A stretch of 64,000 nt of DNA from an uncultured Gemmatimonadaceae bacterium (GTDB lineage: Bacteria > Gemmatimonadota > Gemmatimonadetes > Gemmatimonadales > Gemmatimonadaceae), in the NCBI GenBank assembly GCA_963781585.1, contig CAWAGQ010000013.1:1-64000 (forward strand). Reading direction: 5' to 3'. Each line of letters starts with the position of its first letter. Position 1 is the stretch's first letter. Below the pieces are notes generated by a model. The model searched no databases and was not told the DNA's origin. It worked only from the letters and a program-made list of their open reading frames with translations. Shown piece by piece: positions 29,133 to 39,235 of the stretch. The position numbers were made by a program, and so were the translations under genes.

Positions 29133-30605
29133 TTGGAGCTACCAGGAGGGCAAGACTTGCGCGGACTGACTGTGAGTTGCGTGTTGTTCCTGGTAGCGTG
29201 CACGGATGCCCCAAGCCTCGCTCCGCGCTCATCGCTCCGCCCATCCCTCTCCCAAAACGTTTCCGTCGCCGCAGGCCAGGAGCTTGTTGCCGCGGCGCAA
29301 GGCCGCGTCTCTCGCGGCATCGAGGATGAGATCCTTCGCCTTGAAAACACTGTGCCCGGGGTTGGAGGCCTGTTTGCAGACTCGACGGGCCAGTTGGTCC
29401 TATATCTCCACGACGAGAGCCTCACGAACAATCTGCGAAATGCCTTGCGTACTCTTCGACCAGTTGAACTGCTACCTCCGCAGTTGAGTGCTCAGCTGCA
29501 CGACGCCGATGCCGTTCGGATTCGCCATGGTGAGTATGCCTTCTCGGAACTCGTGGCGCTGGTCCACGCTATTTCGCGCGTTCTGCCCCGGAGGAAGGAT
29601 CTGGTCTCAATCGACGCGGATGAAGCGGTGAACCGCGTCAGGCTGACAATCGCCAGTGCGTCCGCTGAGCAAGAGATTCTCCAGCTGATGGCCTCAGCTG
29701 GTTTGCCAACCCAGGCGATCACGTTTGAACTCGGGCCCGTGCCTGTGGCCGTGAGTTCGATCCGCGGCACTTTCCGCCCAACTGGAGGCGGCCTCCAAGT
29801 GGACAATTCCAGTGAGGCACTCTGCTCGCTTGGCTACAATGTGCGAAACTACCTTGGACAGTACGGGTTACTTGTCGCCAGCCACTGCGCTCCTGGAACA
29901 ATAGGTGCGGGCTCTACAGGTGCGACGCTGTACCAACCCCTCGTCGGTTATCCAGTGGCAATTGTGAGCATAAACCCTCCCTTCAATTACTCATCACCCG
30001 ATTGTCGTGGGTACACGAGCTGTACTCAAGCAGACGCCCTGTTCGCCACGTACACCAACTCAGCGAACTGGAAGTCGCAGGTCGCACATACAACGGTTCT
30101 GGGCCAGAACAATAGTGGGGGCGGCATCACGTTTGACAACTTCTGGTATAACGTATGGCCGCCAGTCACTCCTTACGTGGGCATGTCAGTTGACAAGGTT
30201 GGGCGGTCGACGGGCTGGACACGCGGCATCGTAGCAGGAACGTGCGAGAATCCTCTAATCGATAGCACGCAGACGGATCAGTACGTTGTTCTTTGCGCGG
30301 TGAGAGTAACCGGATCGCGAACCGGCCAAGGCGACAGCGGTGCTCCCTTCTTTCAGTCCGGGGTGCATTTTACAAACGACCCCCTGTACCCGCTCGGCAT
30401 CCTTTTCGCTGGGGGGCCGCTATCGGCGGTGGACAACACCGATCCGCAGCACCCCTTCGCTTTATTGCGTGGTTCCCTACATGGGCATCAACACATGTAC
30501 GACCTATTTTTCTCCTTGGGTGCAAATAAGCATGCGCCTGGGAGGAATCTTCTTGCAGTGACCGCCAGTGGTCGGAGGCGTCGTCAAATTACTCGACCCA
30601 CTTAG
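29133..30605 (+). CDS. S1 (chymotrypsin-clan, alpha-lytic-like) serine protease with pro-region, lipoprotein; C-terminal frameshift likely
   Basis: Lipobox LVAC; CSLG, VASHC, DALF, KVGRSTGWTRG, GDSGAP. Confidence 0.85.
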   Translation: MELPGGQDLRGLTVSCVLFLVACTDAPSLAPRSSLRPSLSQNVSVAAGQELVAAAQGRVSRGIEDEILRLENTVPGVGGLFADSTGQLVLYLHDESLTNNLRNALRTLRPVELLPPQLSAQLHDADAVRIRHGEYAFSELVALVHAISRVLPRRKDLVSIDADEAVNRVRLTIASASAEQEILQLMASAGLPTQAITFELGPVPVAVSSIRGTFRPTGGGLQVDNSSEALCSLGYNVRNYLGQYGLLVASHCAPGTIGAGSTGATLYQPLVGYPVAIVSINPPFNYSSPDCRGYTSCTQADALFATYTNSANWKSQVAHTTVLGQNNSGGGITFDNFWYNVWPPVTPYVGMSVDKVGRSTGWTRGIVAGTCENPLIDSTQTDQYVVLCAVRVTGSRTGQGDSGAPFFQSGVHFTNDPLYPLGILFAGGPLSAVDNTDPQHPFALLRGSLHGHQHMYDLFFSLGANKHAPGRNLLAVTASGRRRRQITRPT

Positions 30606-30653
30606 GATGCCGCGGCGCCGAGTCCAATTGAGGTGACCGTTACAAGACCCTCG

Positions 30654-31094
30654 TTAGGGCTTGTTGGGAACGGGGACGGCGATCACGGCGAGCCCCGCAA
30701 TGTCGGCGAAATCGGCGGGATTGCAGGTGTACAGCGGAAGCTCGTTGGCGATCGCGGTGGCGGCGATCATGGCGTCGTACGAGCGCGCGGCGGACTTTCG
30801 TCCGGAACGCCGGAGCGACGCGGCCACCTGCCCGAACGCACGCGCGGCATTGGCGTCGAACGGCAGCGGGTCGAAATCCGCCTCGGCTTGCTGGAGATGT
30901 GCCTGTCGTGCCGCGCGCTCGTCGTCGGACTCTGCGACGAGCGGCCCAACGGTCAGCTCGGCGAGGGTGATCGCTGTGATGAGGGGCTCCTCGGGGAGGA
31001 ACGCCGCGTCGTCGATGCGCGGCAGGAGGATCACCGCGCTCGTGTCGAGAATGCCGCGCGGGTGGCGTGCGCCTTCCGGCGCGCGGGCGATCAT
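30654..31094 (-). CDS. vapC: VapC/PIN toxin
   Basis: ILDTSAVI, ITLAEL, DAMIAATA, LYTCNPADF. Confidence 0.92.
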   Translation of the reverse strand: MIARAPEGARHPRGILDTSAVILLPRIDDAAFLPEEPLITAITLAELTVGPLVAESDDERAARQAHLQQAEADFDPLPFDANAARAFGQVAASLRRSGRKSAARSYDAMIAATAIANELPLYTCNPADFADIAGLAVIAVPVPNKP

Positions 31095-31330
31095 CAGAGC
31101 GAGGTGTCGAGCACGCGATCGAGATCGGCGCGAAGCGCGGCGGGATCGACGCGCGGCAGCCGACGCCAGCGGGCGAGCAGCGTCTGGGCCGAGAGCGCGG
31201 GGCCGCGGAGCGGGCGCAGCTCGGCCACTGGGCGTCCGTCGAGGGTGACGGTGAGCGACTCGCCTTTGGCGACTCGTTCGAGGACGCGCCCGCCATTGTT
31301 GCGGAGGTCCCGGACCGTGACGTTGCGCAT
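31094..31330 (-). CDS. Phd/YefM family antitoxin
   Basis: VTVRDLRNNGGRVLERVAKGESLTVTLDGRPVAEL. Confidence 0.9.
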   Translation of the reverse strand: MRNVTVRDLRNNGGRVLERVAKGESLTVTLDGRPVAELRPLRGPALSAQTLLARWRRLPRVDPAALRADLDRVLDTSL

Positions 31331-31368
31331 GGTGCACTGTATCACCGGTGAGACACGGACGCAACTGC

Positions 31369-31449
31369 TGCCTACGCCAATCCCGACGCAGCGCCCACCA
31401 GCGGCAGCGCGCACACCACGCCGCGCGTGCCGTCGCGGTTATCGTACCG
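31369..31449 (-). repeat. Decayed copy of the M20 peptidase 3' end (repeat of about 27160-27240)
   Basis: gcctacgcca.tcccg...accacgcc.cgcg.gccgtcgcggtt.tcgtacc shared. Confidence 0.8.
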
Positions 31450-31594
31450 TGCGCCGAGAACATCGGACCGCGGTCGGAGCCTGACGGTGACCATCCGCAC
31501 AAGGGGAGTCGTGACCTCGGCCCCCCCAGCAGGCCAGCCACTTGTCGCCATTGTCAGGTCAGCGGCACGGATCTGATCTCAGCGAGAGCCGCGA

Positions 31595-32023
31595 TCAGGT
31601 CGGGTCGACGGCCAGTCCGAGCGCGCTCGCGTTGTCGCGAATCCGGTCATCGATCGAGAGGACCCGCACCTTGCCCAGCGTGTCGTCGAACACGATCGCC
31701 GTGGCGAGATGCAGCGCGTCCAGCGTCCTGACCGGTTCCAGCGGGAACGGTCCGCGAGCCCGATGGGCAACACGGTCGGAGATATCGAGCACGCTCCACG
31801 CGGTCGCGGCCTCATCCAGCAGATGAAGCGCTGCCAGTTCTTCCGCCGCCGTGGCCCGCCCAAGCGCGCGCGCGCGCGCCAGGCCGCGACTGCATTCGAT
31901 GACCGTCAGCGTGGAGCTGACGACGCGGTCCGCGGCCGACAACACGGCGAGAACGGCGTCCTGTCGCGGTTCGCCGAGCAGCCACGCGAGCACCGCGCTC
32001 GACTCGGCGTAAACGACGCTCAC
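31595..32023 (-). CDS. vapC: VapC/PIN toxin
   Basis: YAESSAVLAWLLGE, VRTLDALHLATA, DDRIRDNA. Confidence 0.88.
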   Translation of the reverse strand: MSVVYAESSAVLAWLLGEPRQDAVLAVLSAADRVVSSTLTVIECSRGLARARALGRATAAEELAALHLLDEAATAWSVLDISDRVAHRARGPFPLEPVRTLDALHLATAIVFDDTLGKVRVLSIDDRIRDNASALGLAVDPT

Positions 32024-32319
32024 TCGTCGCGGTCCTCGTCGATCAACCGCCGCGCGAGCCCATCCGGTGAACTGAGCGGTGACGCTCGATAAGTCGCACG
32101 CGGCCGCTCGGCCATGCGCAGGTGACCCTCCGCGGCGAGGCGCGCGAGGGCGCGCTCGTCCGGCGACACCAGCCACTGCCCGGCGTCGGGGCGGCGGAGT
32201 TCGGCGATGACGCGACCGCGGTCCGTGATCAGATACACGTCTCCGTCGCGCACGCCGCGCAACACCTGACTGAGGGTCGCCTTGAGCTCCCGAACGCCGA
32301 TGGTCCGCATGCGACGCAA
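32020..32319 (-). CDS. Phd/YefM family antitoxin
   Basis: IGVRELKATLSQVLRGV..G...ITDRGRVIAEL. Confidence 0.88.
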   Translation of the reverse strand: MRRMRTIGVRELKATLSQVLRGVRDGDVYLITDRGRVIAELRRPDAGQWLVSPDERALARLAAEGHLRMAERPRATYRASPLSSPDGLARRLIDEDRDE

Positions 32320-32340
32320 TGTAGTCTCGTGTGACTACAT
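32319..32340. promoter_or_regulatory. Putative toxin-antitoxin autoregulatory operator
   Basis: Perfect inverted repeat ATGTAGTC-N6-GACTACAT at the antitoxin start. Confidence 0.6.
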
Positions 32341-32396
32341 CGTCAATCCGCGAGTAATGCCTGGGAGCGCGCGCCGAGCGGGCTGGGCGCTCCCGC

Positions 32397-32597
32397 TCAG
32401 CAGCAGCGATTCCCCGGCCGGCTGTAACGATCCTCCAGCCGCTGCTTCGCGAACTCGTCGCGCGTCATCGGCACGCGGTCCGGATGACACTGCCGCACGT
32501 GCTCCACGTACCGCTCGTAATCCGGCGCACCGATGATCGTGCGTAGCGTGCGCGCCGCCTTCCGCGCCCAGCCGCGGACGTGCTCTCGCGTGGTCAT
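32397..32597 (-). CDS. ybdD: YbdD/YjiX family CstA-associated protein
   Basis: [12 protein letters not shown]...HP...MTRDEF...RCC*. Confidence 0.9.
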   Translation of the reverse strand: MTTREHVRGWARKAARTLRTIIGAPDYERYVEHVRQCHPDRVPMTRDEFAKQRLEDRYSRPGNRCC

Positions 32598-35179
32598 CGT
32601 TCGCGCCCTCCCATGCCCGTCGCCCTGGTGGGCAAGTGCGCCTCGAACAACTCGAAGATACGCCGGTACTCGTCGGTCCACGAGTCGGGACGCACGAAGC
32701 CGTGATTCTCCACCGGATACACCGCGAGCTGCCATCCGGTTTTCCCGAGCTCGATGAGCCGCTGGGTGAGCCGCACGATGTCCTGGAAATGCACGTTGGT
32801 GTCCACCATGCCGTGCGCCATCAGCAGCGGATCCTCCAGCCCCTCGGCGAAGAAGATCGGCGACGAGCGTCGATAGGCGAGGGTGTCGGTCTGCGGCAGG
32901 TTGAGGATCTGCGACGTGTACGGGTGATTGTAGTGCGCCCAGTCGGTCACCGACCGCAGCGCGGCGCCGGCGCCGAAATCCTTCGGGGCCGTGAACAGCG
33001 CCATCAGCGTCATGAAGCCGCCGTAGCTTCCGCCGTAGATGCCGATGCGGTCCGGCGAGATCCCGAATTCCTTCTGGAGGTACCGCGATCCGTCGACGTT
33101 GTCCTGCAGGTCGCGTCCGCCCATCCACCGGTAGATGGCCGTGCGCCAGTCGCGTCCGTACCCCGCCGACGCGCGATAGTCGACCGCCAGCACCACGTAT
33201 CCCTTCGACGCGAGGAACTGGTTGAACATGTACTCGCGGGCGTAGTAGTCTGCGACCAGTAGTTGTGCACGTTGTGCGCGTAGCCCGCCCCATGCACGAA
33301 GATCACGCCGGCCCCGTTAGGCCGCGCTCCCATGTCGGCGGGCCGGTAAAGCTGCGCCGGCACCTTCACCCCGTCGGACGCGGTGAACCAGATGATCTCG
33401 GGCTTGATCCAGGGGAAGCTGAGCCAGTCGGCGGTGGGCGAGGTGGTGAGCTGGGTCAGCGGCGCGCCCGCGCGGTACGGCATGACGAACAGCTCGGGCG
33501 GCCGATTGGCCGTGGAGTAGACGTCGGCGAGCATCGTGCCGGCCGGCGACACCACCACGTCGTGCCCTCCCACCTGCGTCGTTATGCGCTCGGCCGGGCC
33601 GCCGCCCACCGGCATCCGGTAGAACTGCCGCTCGAACGGCGACACCTCGCTGGTGTGGAGCTCGAAGTACCGGCCGTCGTCGGAAATGCGCGCGTCCAGT
33701 ACTTCCCACTGTCCGTGGGTGAGCTGCCGGCGGTCGCTGCCGTCGGTGTTCATCGTGTACAGGTGCGCGAAGCCGTCGGCCTCGCTCACGAACCAGACGC
33801 GGCCGCCGCCGGCACCCGCGCTCGAAATTCGAGCCTGACCCTTATTCTGGGCGGGCGGCTCCGGGACGAACCCACCGCACGGGAAGCACGGCCCGCCCAC
33901 CCACGCCGAATCGCGCAGCACGTCGAGCGTCGTCAGGCGGCCGTTGCCGGCGTCCAGCCGGTAGAAGTAGCGCTCCTTCCAGTCGCGTCGCTCGGCGAAC
34001 AGCAGCGCCTGGGTGCCGTCGTCGTTCCAGTCGAGCACCGCGACCTGGGCCGCGGTCTGCGTGGTGTCGTCGGGGATCGGGTGGATCCAGCGCAGCTGCC
34101 CCGACGGCAGCTCCATGAAGGCGACCCGCCCGCCGTTGGGGACGTCGCCCACCTTGGTTCGGGCGGTGAGATCTTCGGTGTACCCGCTGAGGGTGACGTA
34201 GCTCGGCACTTCCGCCTGACGATCGTCGGCGGCCGGAATCGTGGTGGTGAGGACGAGCGCCTTGCCCGAGGGCGACACCGACAGGCTGGTGACGCGCTCG
34301 TTCTTCATCAGATAGAGCGTCTTCGGGTGCAGCGAGTCGCGCGCCGCGCGCTCGGCCTTGGCGATCGAGTCCTGGCGCATCCGGTCGCGGATGACCTCGA
34401 ACAGCTCCTTCTGCTGCGCCTCCAGCGCCGCGCGCTGCGCGTCGGGCTTGGGCGGCTCGGCCGGCGCCGGACCGGCGCGGATGTCGGTGAGCTGGTGCAC
34501 CAGCGGAGAGTCGAGGTCGAGCGACATGACGTTCATGCCGTCGCGCACGAACAACACGCTCTTGCCGTCCGCCGAGAAGTGCGGGTTGCGCTCGTCGACC
34601 ATGGTCTCGGTGAGGCGGCGCACGGCCGACGTCTTCATGTCCACCAGGAAGAGGTCGCCGTTGTACGAGACGACCTTGCGGAGCCGGTCGCGCGACAGGG
34701 AGCCGGGTTCGAGGAGCGGGCCGGCGCTGTCCATCTGCGACTTCGGTGAGCCGCTCGGGCGCGGCGCCCGCCTGCGCGCGCACGCGGTACGGGGCCATGG
34801 ACTCCCGCCAGTCCGAGCCCGGCGGGAGCCACATGAAGTAGAGGTAGTTGCCGTCTGGCGTCCACCGGACGCGCTGCGGCGCGCGGCCGAACACCTCCGG
34901 CCCGCGCATGATGTTCTGGATGGTGAAGTCGAAGCGGGGAGCGGCAGACTGTCCCGGAGCCGGTTGCGGGGTTGTCGCGTGCGCCGCACCGGCTGCGGTG
35001 GCGCCGGGTCGCGTGCCGTCGGATTGCGCTACCGCCGGAAGGGCCGTGGGCGCCAGCAGCGCGGTGGCGGCGAGACCAGCCCTCGTCAGGCGGAGGGCCG
35101 AAATCACGCACGCTCGCGGCGCGCGCGCCCGGCGTGCGGTGGCCCGCACGGCGACTGCAACCGGAATGCGCGAGCGCAT
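32594..35179 (-). CDS. S9 family (dipeptidyl-peptidase-IV-like) peptidase, several frameshifts
   Basis: Beta-propeller region; [29 protein letters not shown]. Confidence 0.9.
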
Positions 35180-37248
35180 CAGTCCCCCGCCACCGCCACT
35201 CTGGGCTCGAAGGGGATTTCGGTCGATATCGCCGGCTTGTGCGCCACGACGACCGCCCACCATTCCCTGGCCGAGGCGGCGAGGATGACGATCACCGAGA
35301 GGCCGAAGAATGCCGTGACCGCCGCGTCGAAGCGGTCGTTGAAGATGAACCGCGACGCCGCCGCCGCGCTGGCCACCCCCGCCGGGACGTTGCCCGCCGC
35401 CACGGTGGACTCGAACAGCCGTGCGTGCGCCAGGAAACCCAGCCGCGGGTCGTCGGCGAAAACCTTCATCCAGCTCGCCGTCATGGTGACGGCGGTGAGC
35501 CAGGCGAGCGGCAGCAGGGTGATCCAGGCGTAGCGCGCCTTCCCCATCTTGATGATCACCGTGGTCCCCACGCACAGCGCCACCGCCGCCAGCAGCTGGT
35601 TGGCGATCCCGAACAACGGCCACAGCGTGTTCACGCCGCCTAACGGGTCGATCACCCCCTGGTACAGGAAGTATCCCCACATGAAGACGAACACCGCGCT
35701 GGTGAGCACGGTGATGGGATACGACGATCCCCGGCCGAGCGGCGCCCAGACGTGCTTCAGGAGGTCCTGGAGCATGAACCGCCCCACCCGGGTGCCGGCG
35801 TCGAGCGTGGTCAGGATGAACAGCGCCTCGAACATGATGGCGAAGTGATACCAGATGCCGAGCGCGGTCGTCCCGCCGAGCACGTTCGAGAAGAGGTGGG
35901 CCATCCCCACCGCCAGGCTCGGCGCGCCGCCGGTGCGCGAGAGGAGCGACACCTCGCCGATGTTCTGCGTGAGCTGCTGGAATTGCGCCGGGTCGAGACT
36001 GAAGCCCCAGTTCCGCACCGCCTCGGCCGCCGTCTGCACCGTGCCGCCCAGCGCGCCGGCTGGCGCGTTGATGGCGAAGTAGGTCCCCGGCGTGAGCACG
36101 CAGGCGGCGATCAGGGCCAGCGTGGCGACCAGCGACTCGGTGAGCATGCTCCCGTAGCCGATGAACCGCGCGTCGGGCTCGCGCTCCAGCAGCTTGGGCG
36201 TGGTGCCTGACGAGATGAGCGCGTGGAACCCCGAGATGGCGCCGCAGGCGATGGTGATGAACGCGAACGGGAACACCTTGCCCGCGAAGATCGGTCCGGT
36301 GCCGTCCACGAACCGCGTGAGCGCCGGCATCTGGAGCGGCGGGAGCACGATCAGCACGCCCGCCGCCAGCGCCACCACCACCCCGATCTTGACGAACGCC
36401 GAGAGGTAGTCGCGCGGCGCGAGCAGCAACCAGACCGGCAGCACCGACGCCGCGAATCCGTAGGCCATGATCAGCCAGGCGAGGGTCGACCGGCTGAGCG
36501 TGAACGCCGGCGCCAGCGCCGGGTTCTCCGACACCGCGCGCCCCACGAACAGCGCCACGATCACCAGCACGATCCCCATCAGCGTGGCCTCGAGCACCCG
36601 GTGGGGACGGATCCATCGCATGTAGCCGCCCATCAGCAGCGCGATCGGAATCGTCAGCCCCACGGTCACCACGCCCCACGGACTCGAGCCGAGCGCGTTC
36701 ACCACCACCAGCGCCAGCACCGCGATCAGCACGATCATGATGCCGAGCACGGCGACCAGGGCCGTCATCCCCGCGACCGGGCCGATCTCCTCCCTGGCCA
36801 TCTGCCCCAGCGTCTTGCCGTTCCGCCGCACCGACGCGCACAGAATCACGAAATCCTGCACCGCTCCGCCGAGCACGACGCCCACCACGATCCAGATGAT
36901 GCCGGGGAGAAACCCGAACTGCGCGGCGAGCGTCGGCCCCACCAGCGGGCCCGGTCCGGCGATGGCCGCGAAGTGGTGCCCGAAGACGATCCACCGGTTG
37001 GTGGGGACGTAGTCGCGCCCGTCGTTGAGCCGCTCGGCGGGGGTGCGCCGGTTGGCATCGAGCGCGAAGATGTTGGACGCGATGATCCGGCTGTAGAACC
37101 GGTACCCGACGAGATACGTGCACACCGCCGCCGTCACCAACCACGCGGCGTTGACCGTCTCGCCGCGCGAGAGCGCAAGGAAGGCGAACGAGCCCGCGCC
37201 GGCCAACGCGACGAGCACCCAGATCAGAATCGAAAGAGGTCGGGGCAT
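35179..37248 (-). CDS. cstA: Carbon starvation protein A family transporter
   Basis: FGHHFAAIAGPGPLVGP, APRDYLS, IACGAISGFH, LWPLFGIANQLLA. Confidence 0.96.
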   Translation of the reverse strand: MPRPLSILIWVLVALAGAGSFAFLALSRGETVNAAWLVTAAVCTYLVGYRFYSRIIASNIFALDANRRTPAERLNDGRDYVPTNRWIVFGHHFAAIAGPGPLVGPTLAAQFGFLPGIIWIVVGVVLGGAVQDFVILCASVRRNGKTLGQMAREEIGPVAGMTALVAVLGIMIVLIAVLALVVVNALGSSPWGVVTVGLTIPIALLMGGYMRWIRPHRVLEATLMGIVLVIVALFVGRAVSENPALAPAFTLSRSTLAWLIMAYGFAASVLPVWLLLAPRDYLSAFVKIGVVVALAAGVLIVLPPLQMPALTRFVDGTGPIFAGKVFPFAFITIACGAISGFHALISSGTTPKLLEREPDARFIGYGSMLTESLVATLALIAACVLTPGTYFAINAPAGALGGTVQTAAEAVRNWGFSLDPAQFQQLTQNIGEVSLLSRTGGAPSLAVGMAHLFSNVLGGTTALGIWYHFAIMFEALFILTTLDAGTRVGRFMLQDLLKHVWAPLGRGSSYPITVLTSAVFVFMWGYFLYQGVIDPLGGVNTLWPLFGIANQLLAAVALCVGTTVIIKMGKARYAWITLLPLAWLTAVTMTASWMKVFADDPRLGFLAHARLFESTVAAGNVPAGVASAAAASRFIFNDRFDAAVTAFFGLSVIVILAASAREWWAVVVAHKPAISTEIPFEPRVAVAGD

Positions 37249-37444
37249 GGTGATCCGAGGTGGAGGTCAGGGACCGGAGAAGAGAGGAAGTGAGGGCGGC
37301 GCGACCCCGCCCTCACGCCTCGAGACCCGGGCGCGAGACTGCGGCTCGAACTTGTGCCGCCGTCGGGCCGGGGTCAACGACATTCCCTGAGCCGCTGCCG
37401 GGCCTCCGACGAGCGACGTACCTTTCGCCGTGCCTTGCCAAGTG

Positions 37445-38098
37445 GTGAAGTCCCGTCGCGTCATTCTCGCGGTGTTGCTGGCCGGGTGCGCCAGCGCGGG
37501 CGGCCCGTCGCTCGCGGACACCGCGCCCGTCCTGTCGGAGCCGCTGTCGTCGTTTGCCACGCTCCGCATGATCGTCTTTCCCGTGCAATCGCTGCGCGGC
37601 GGAGACACCCTGGGCTGGGCCGCACACGTGGGCAATCCGAAGGCGTTCCTGGCCACGGTGGACTCGGCACTGGAAACCGAATTCCGGGACCGCGGGCTGG
37701 GTACCACCTGGGCGATGCCGAGCGACCTGGCCCGCACCGCGAAGCGCAATCCGACCTATGCGACGGACCCCGCGCTGATCCGCGCCGGCGATGCCTCACG
37801 AGTCATCGAGCGGCGGCGCGATGGGCAGATTCCCGAGCCGGTGGCATCGCAGATGCGCGCTCTGGCCGGTTTCCATGACGCCAGGCACGCGCTGGTCCCG
37901 GTGGAGCTCCGCTTCGAGCCGGCCCCGGTGGGCGCCGACTCGGGGCAGCGCCTGGTGCTGCACGTGGTGGTGCTGGATGTGCGCGGGTCGCGCCTGGCCT
38001 GGGTCGGGGATGTCGCGGGCGCCGCCGCGACGACATTCTCGCCGGCGATGGCAACCGATCTGGCGCGACGGTTCGCGGATCTGGTGGTCGCGCGGTGA
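37445..38098 (+). CDS. Hypothetical lipoprotein
   Basis: Lipobox LAGC; first gene of the operon. Confidence 0.7.
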   Translation: MKSRRVILAVLLAGCASAGGPSLADTAPVLSEPLSSFATLRMIVFPVQSLRGGDTLGWAAHVGNPKAFLATVDSALETEFRDRGLGTTWAMPSDLARTAKRNPTYATDPALIRAGDASRVIERRRDGQIPEPVASQMRALAGFHDARHALVPVELRFEPAPVGADSGQRLVLHVVVLDVRGSRLAWVGDVAGAAATTFSPAMATDLARRFADLVVAR

Positions 38099-38108
38099 GG
38101 TAGGTGCG

Positions 38109-39125
38109 ATGGATGTCCCATGTACGTTGATCCCGGGCGACGGGATCGGGCCTGACATCGCGGCCGCAGCGGTGGGGATCCTCGAGGCCGCCGGCGCATC
38201 GTTCGAATGGGACCGGCAACTGGCGGGGGCGGCCGCGCTGAAGGCTTGTGGCACGCCGATGCCGGAGGCGACGCTCGATTCGATCCGCCGCACGCGCCTG
38301 GCGCTCAAGGGTCCCCTCGAGACGCCGGTGGGCGAGGGCTATCGGTCGGTGAACGTGGCGCTGCGGCAGACCTTCGACCTGTACGCGAACGTCCGTCCCG
38401 CGCGCGACATCGTCCCCGGTGGTCGATTCGAGAACGTCGACGTGGTGCTGATCCGCGAGAACACCGAGGGGCTCTACGCCGGCCTCGAACACTACATCCG
38501 GATCGGCGACGATCCCCAGGCGGCCGCCGAGTCGATCGCGCTGATCACCCGCGTCGGGTCGGAGCGGATCGTGCGTTATGCGTTCGACTACGCGGTACGG
38601 CACGGCCGGCGCAAAGTCACGCTGGTGCACAAGGCGAACATCCTCAAGTTCTCGCAGGGGCTCTTTCGCGCGGTGGGACAGCGGATCGCGAAGGAGTACG
38701 AGGGGCGGCTGATCTACGAGGAGCGGATCATCGACGCGGCGGCGATGCATCTGGTGATCCGGCCCGAGCAGTACGACGTGATCGTGACGACCAATCTGTT
38801 CGGCGACATCCTGTCCGATCTGGTCTCCGGCTTGGTAGGCGGACTGGGGCTGGCGCCAGGCGCCAACATCGGCCGCGACACGGCCATCTTCGAGGCGGTG
38901 CACGGTACCGCGCCCGACATCGCGGGACAGGGCATCGCGAACCCCGGCGCGCTGCTGCTGGCCGGATGTCTGATGCTCGAGCACGTGGGCGAGCACGACC
39001 GGGCGCAGCGGATCCGGCGCGCGCTGGAGTCGACCATCCGCGACGGGGCGACGCTCACCCGCGACCTGGGCGGGACTGCGTCCACGGCGGAGTTCTCGGC
39101 GGCGGTGGTCGCCCGGCTGGCGTGA
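38109..39125 (+). CDS. Isocitrate/isopropylmalate dehydrogenase family (NAD-dependent IDH-like)
   Basis: IPGDGIGP, RENTEG, VHKANI, NLFGDILSD, FEAVHGTAPDIAG. Confidence 0.93.
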   Translation: MDVPCTLIPGDGIGPDIAAAAVGILEAAGASFEWDRQLAGAAALKACGTPMPEATLDSIRRTRLALKGPLETPVGEGYRSVNVALRQTFDLYANVRPARDIVPGGRFENVDVVLIRENTEGLYAGLEHYIRIGDDPQAAAESIALITRVGSERIVRYAFDYAVRHGRRKVTLVHKANILKFSQGLFRAVGQRIAKEYEGRLIYEERIIDAAAMHLVIRPEQYDVIVTTNLFGDILSDLVSGLVGGLGLAPGANIGRDTAIFEAVHGTAPDIAGQGIANPGALLLAGCLMLEHVGEHDRAQRIRRALESTIRDGATLTRDLGGTASTAEFSAAVVARLA

Positions 39126-39235
39126 CCACGCCTAACGACTCGGGCGCCGGCGGGCGTGGCGGCGGCGATCGGGCCGGCGGCACCGGGCGCTCCGATCGCG
39201 GTGAGGGGCCAGGGCAGGCGGGCGGCGCGCTCTCC

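Noticed and set aside
32360..32400. Selenocysteine read-through of the ybdD TGA with a downstream hairpin
   Set aside because: The protein already ends in the family's Cys-Cys; TGA is most simply the stop
33842..37144. 1100-aa ORF and other long Arg/Gly/Ala-rich alternative-frame ORFs
   Set aside because: Shadow frames of real high-GC genes (cstA and the S9 peptidase); only the S9 N-terminal segment within it looks genuine
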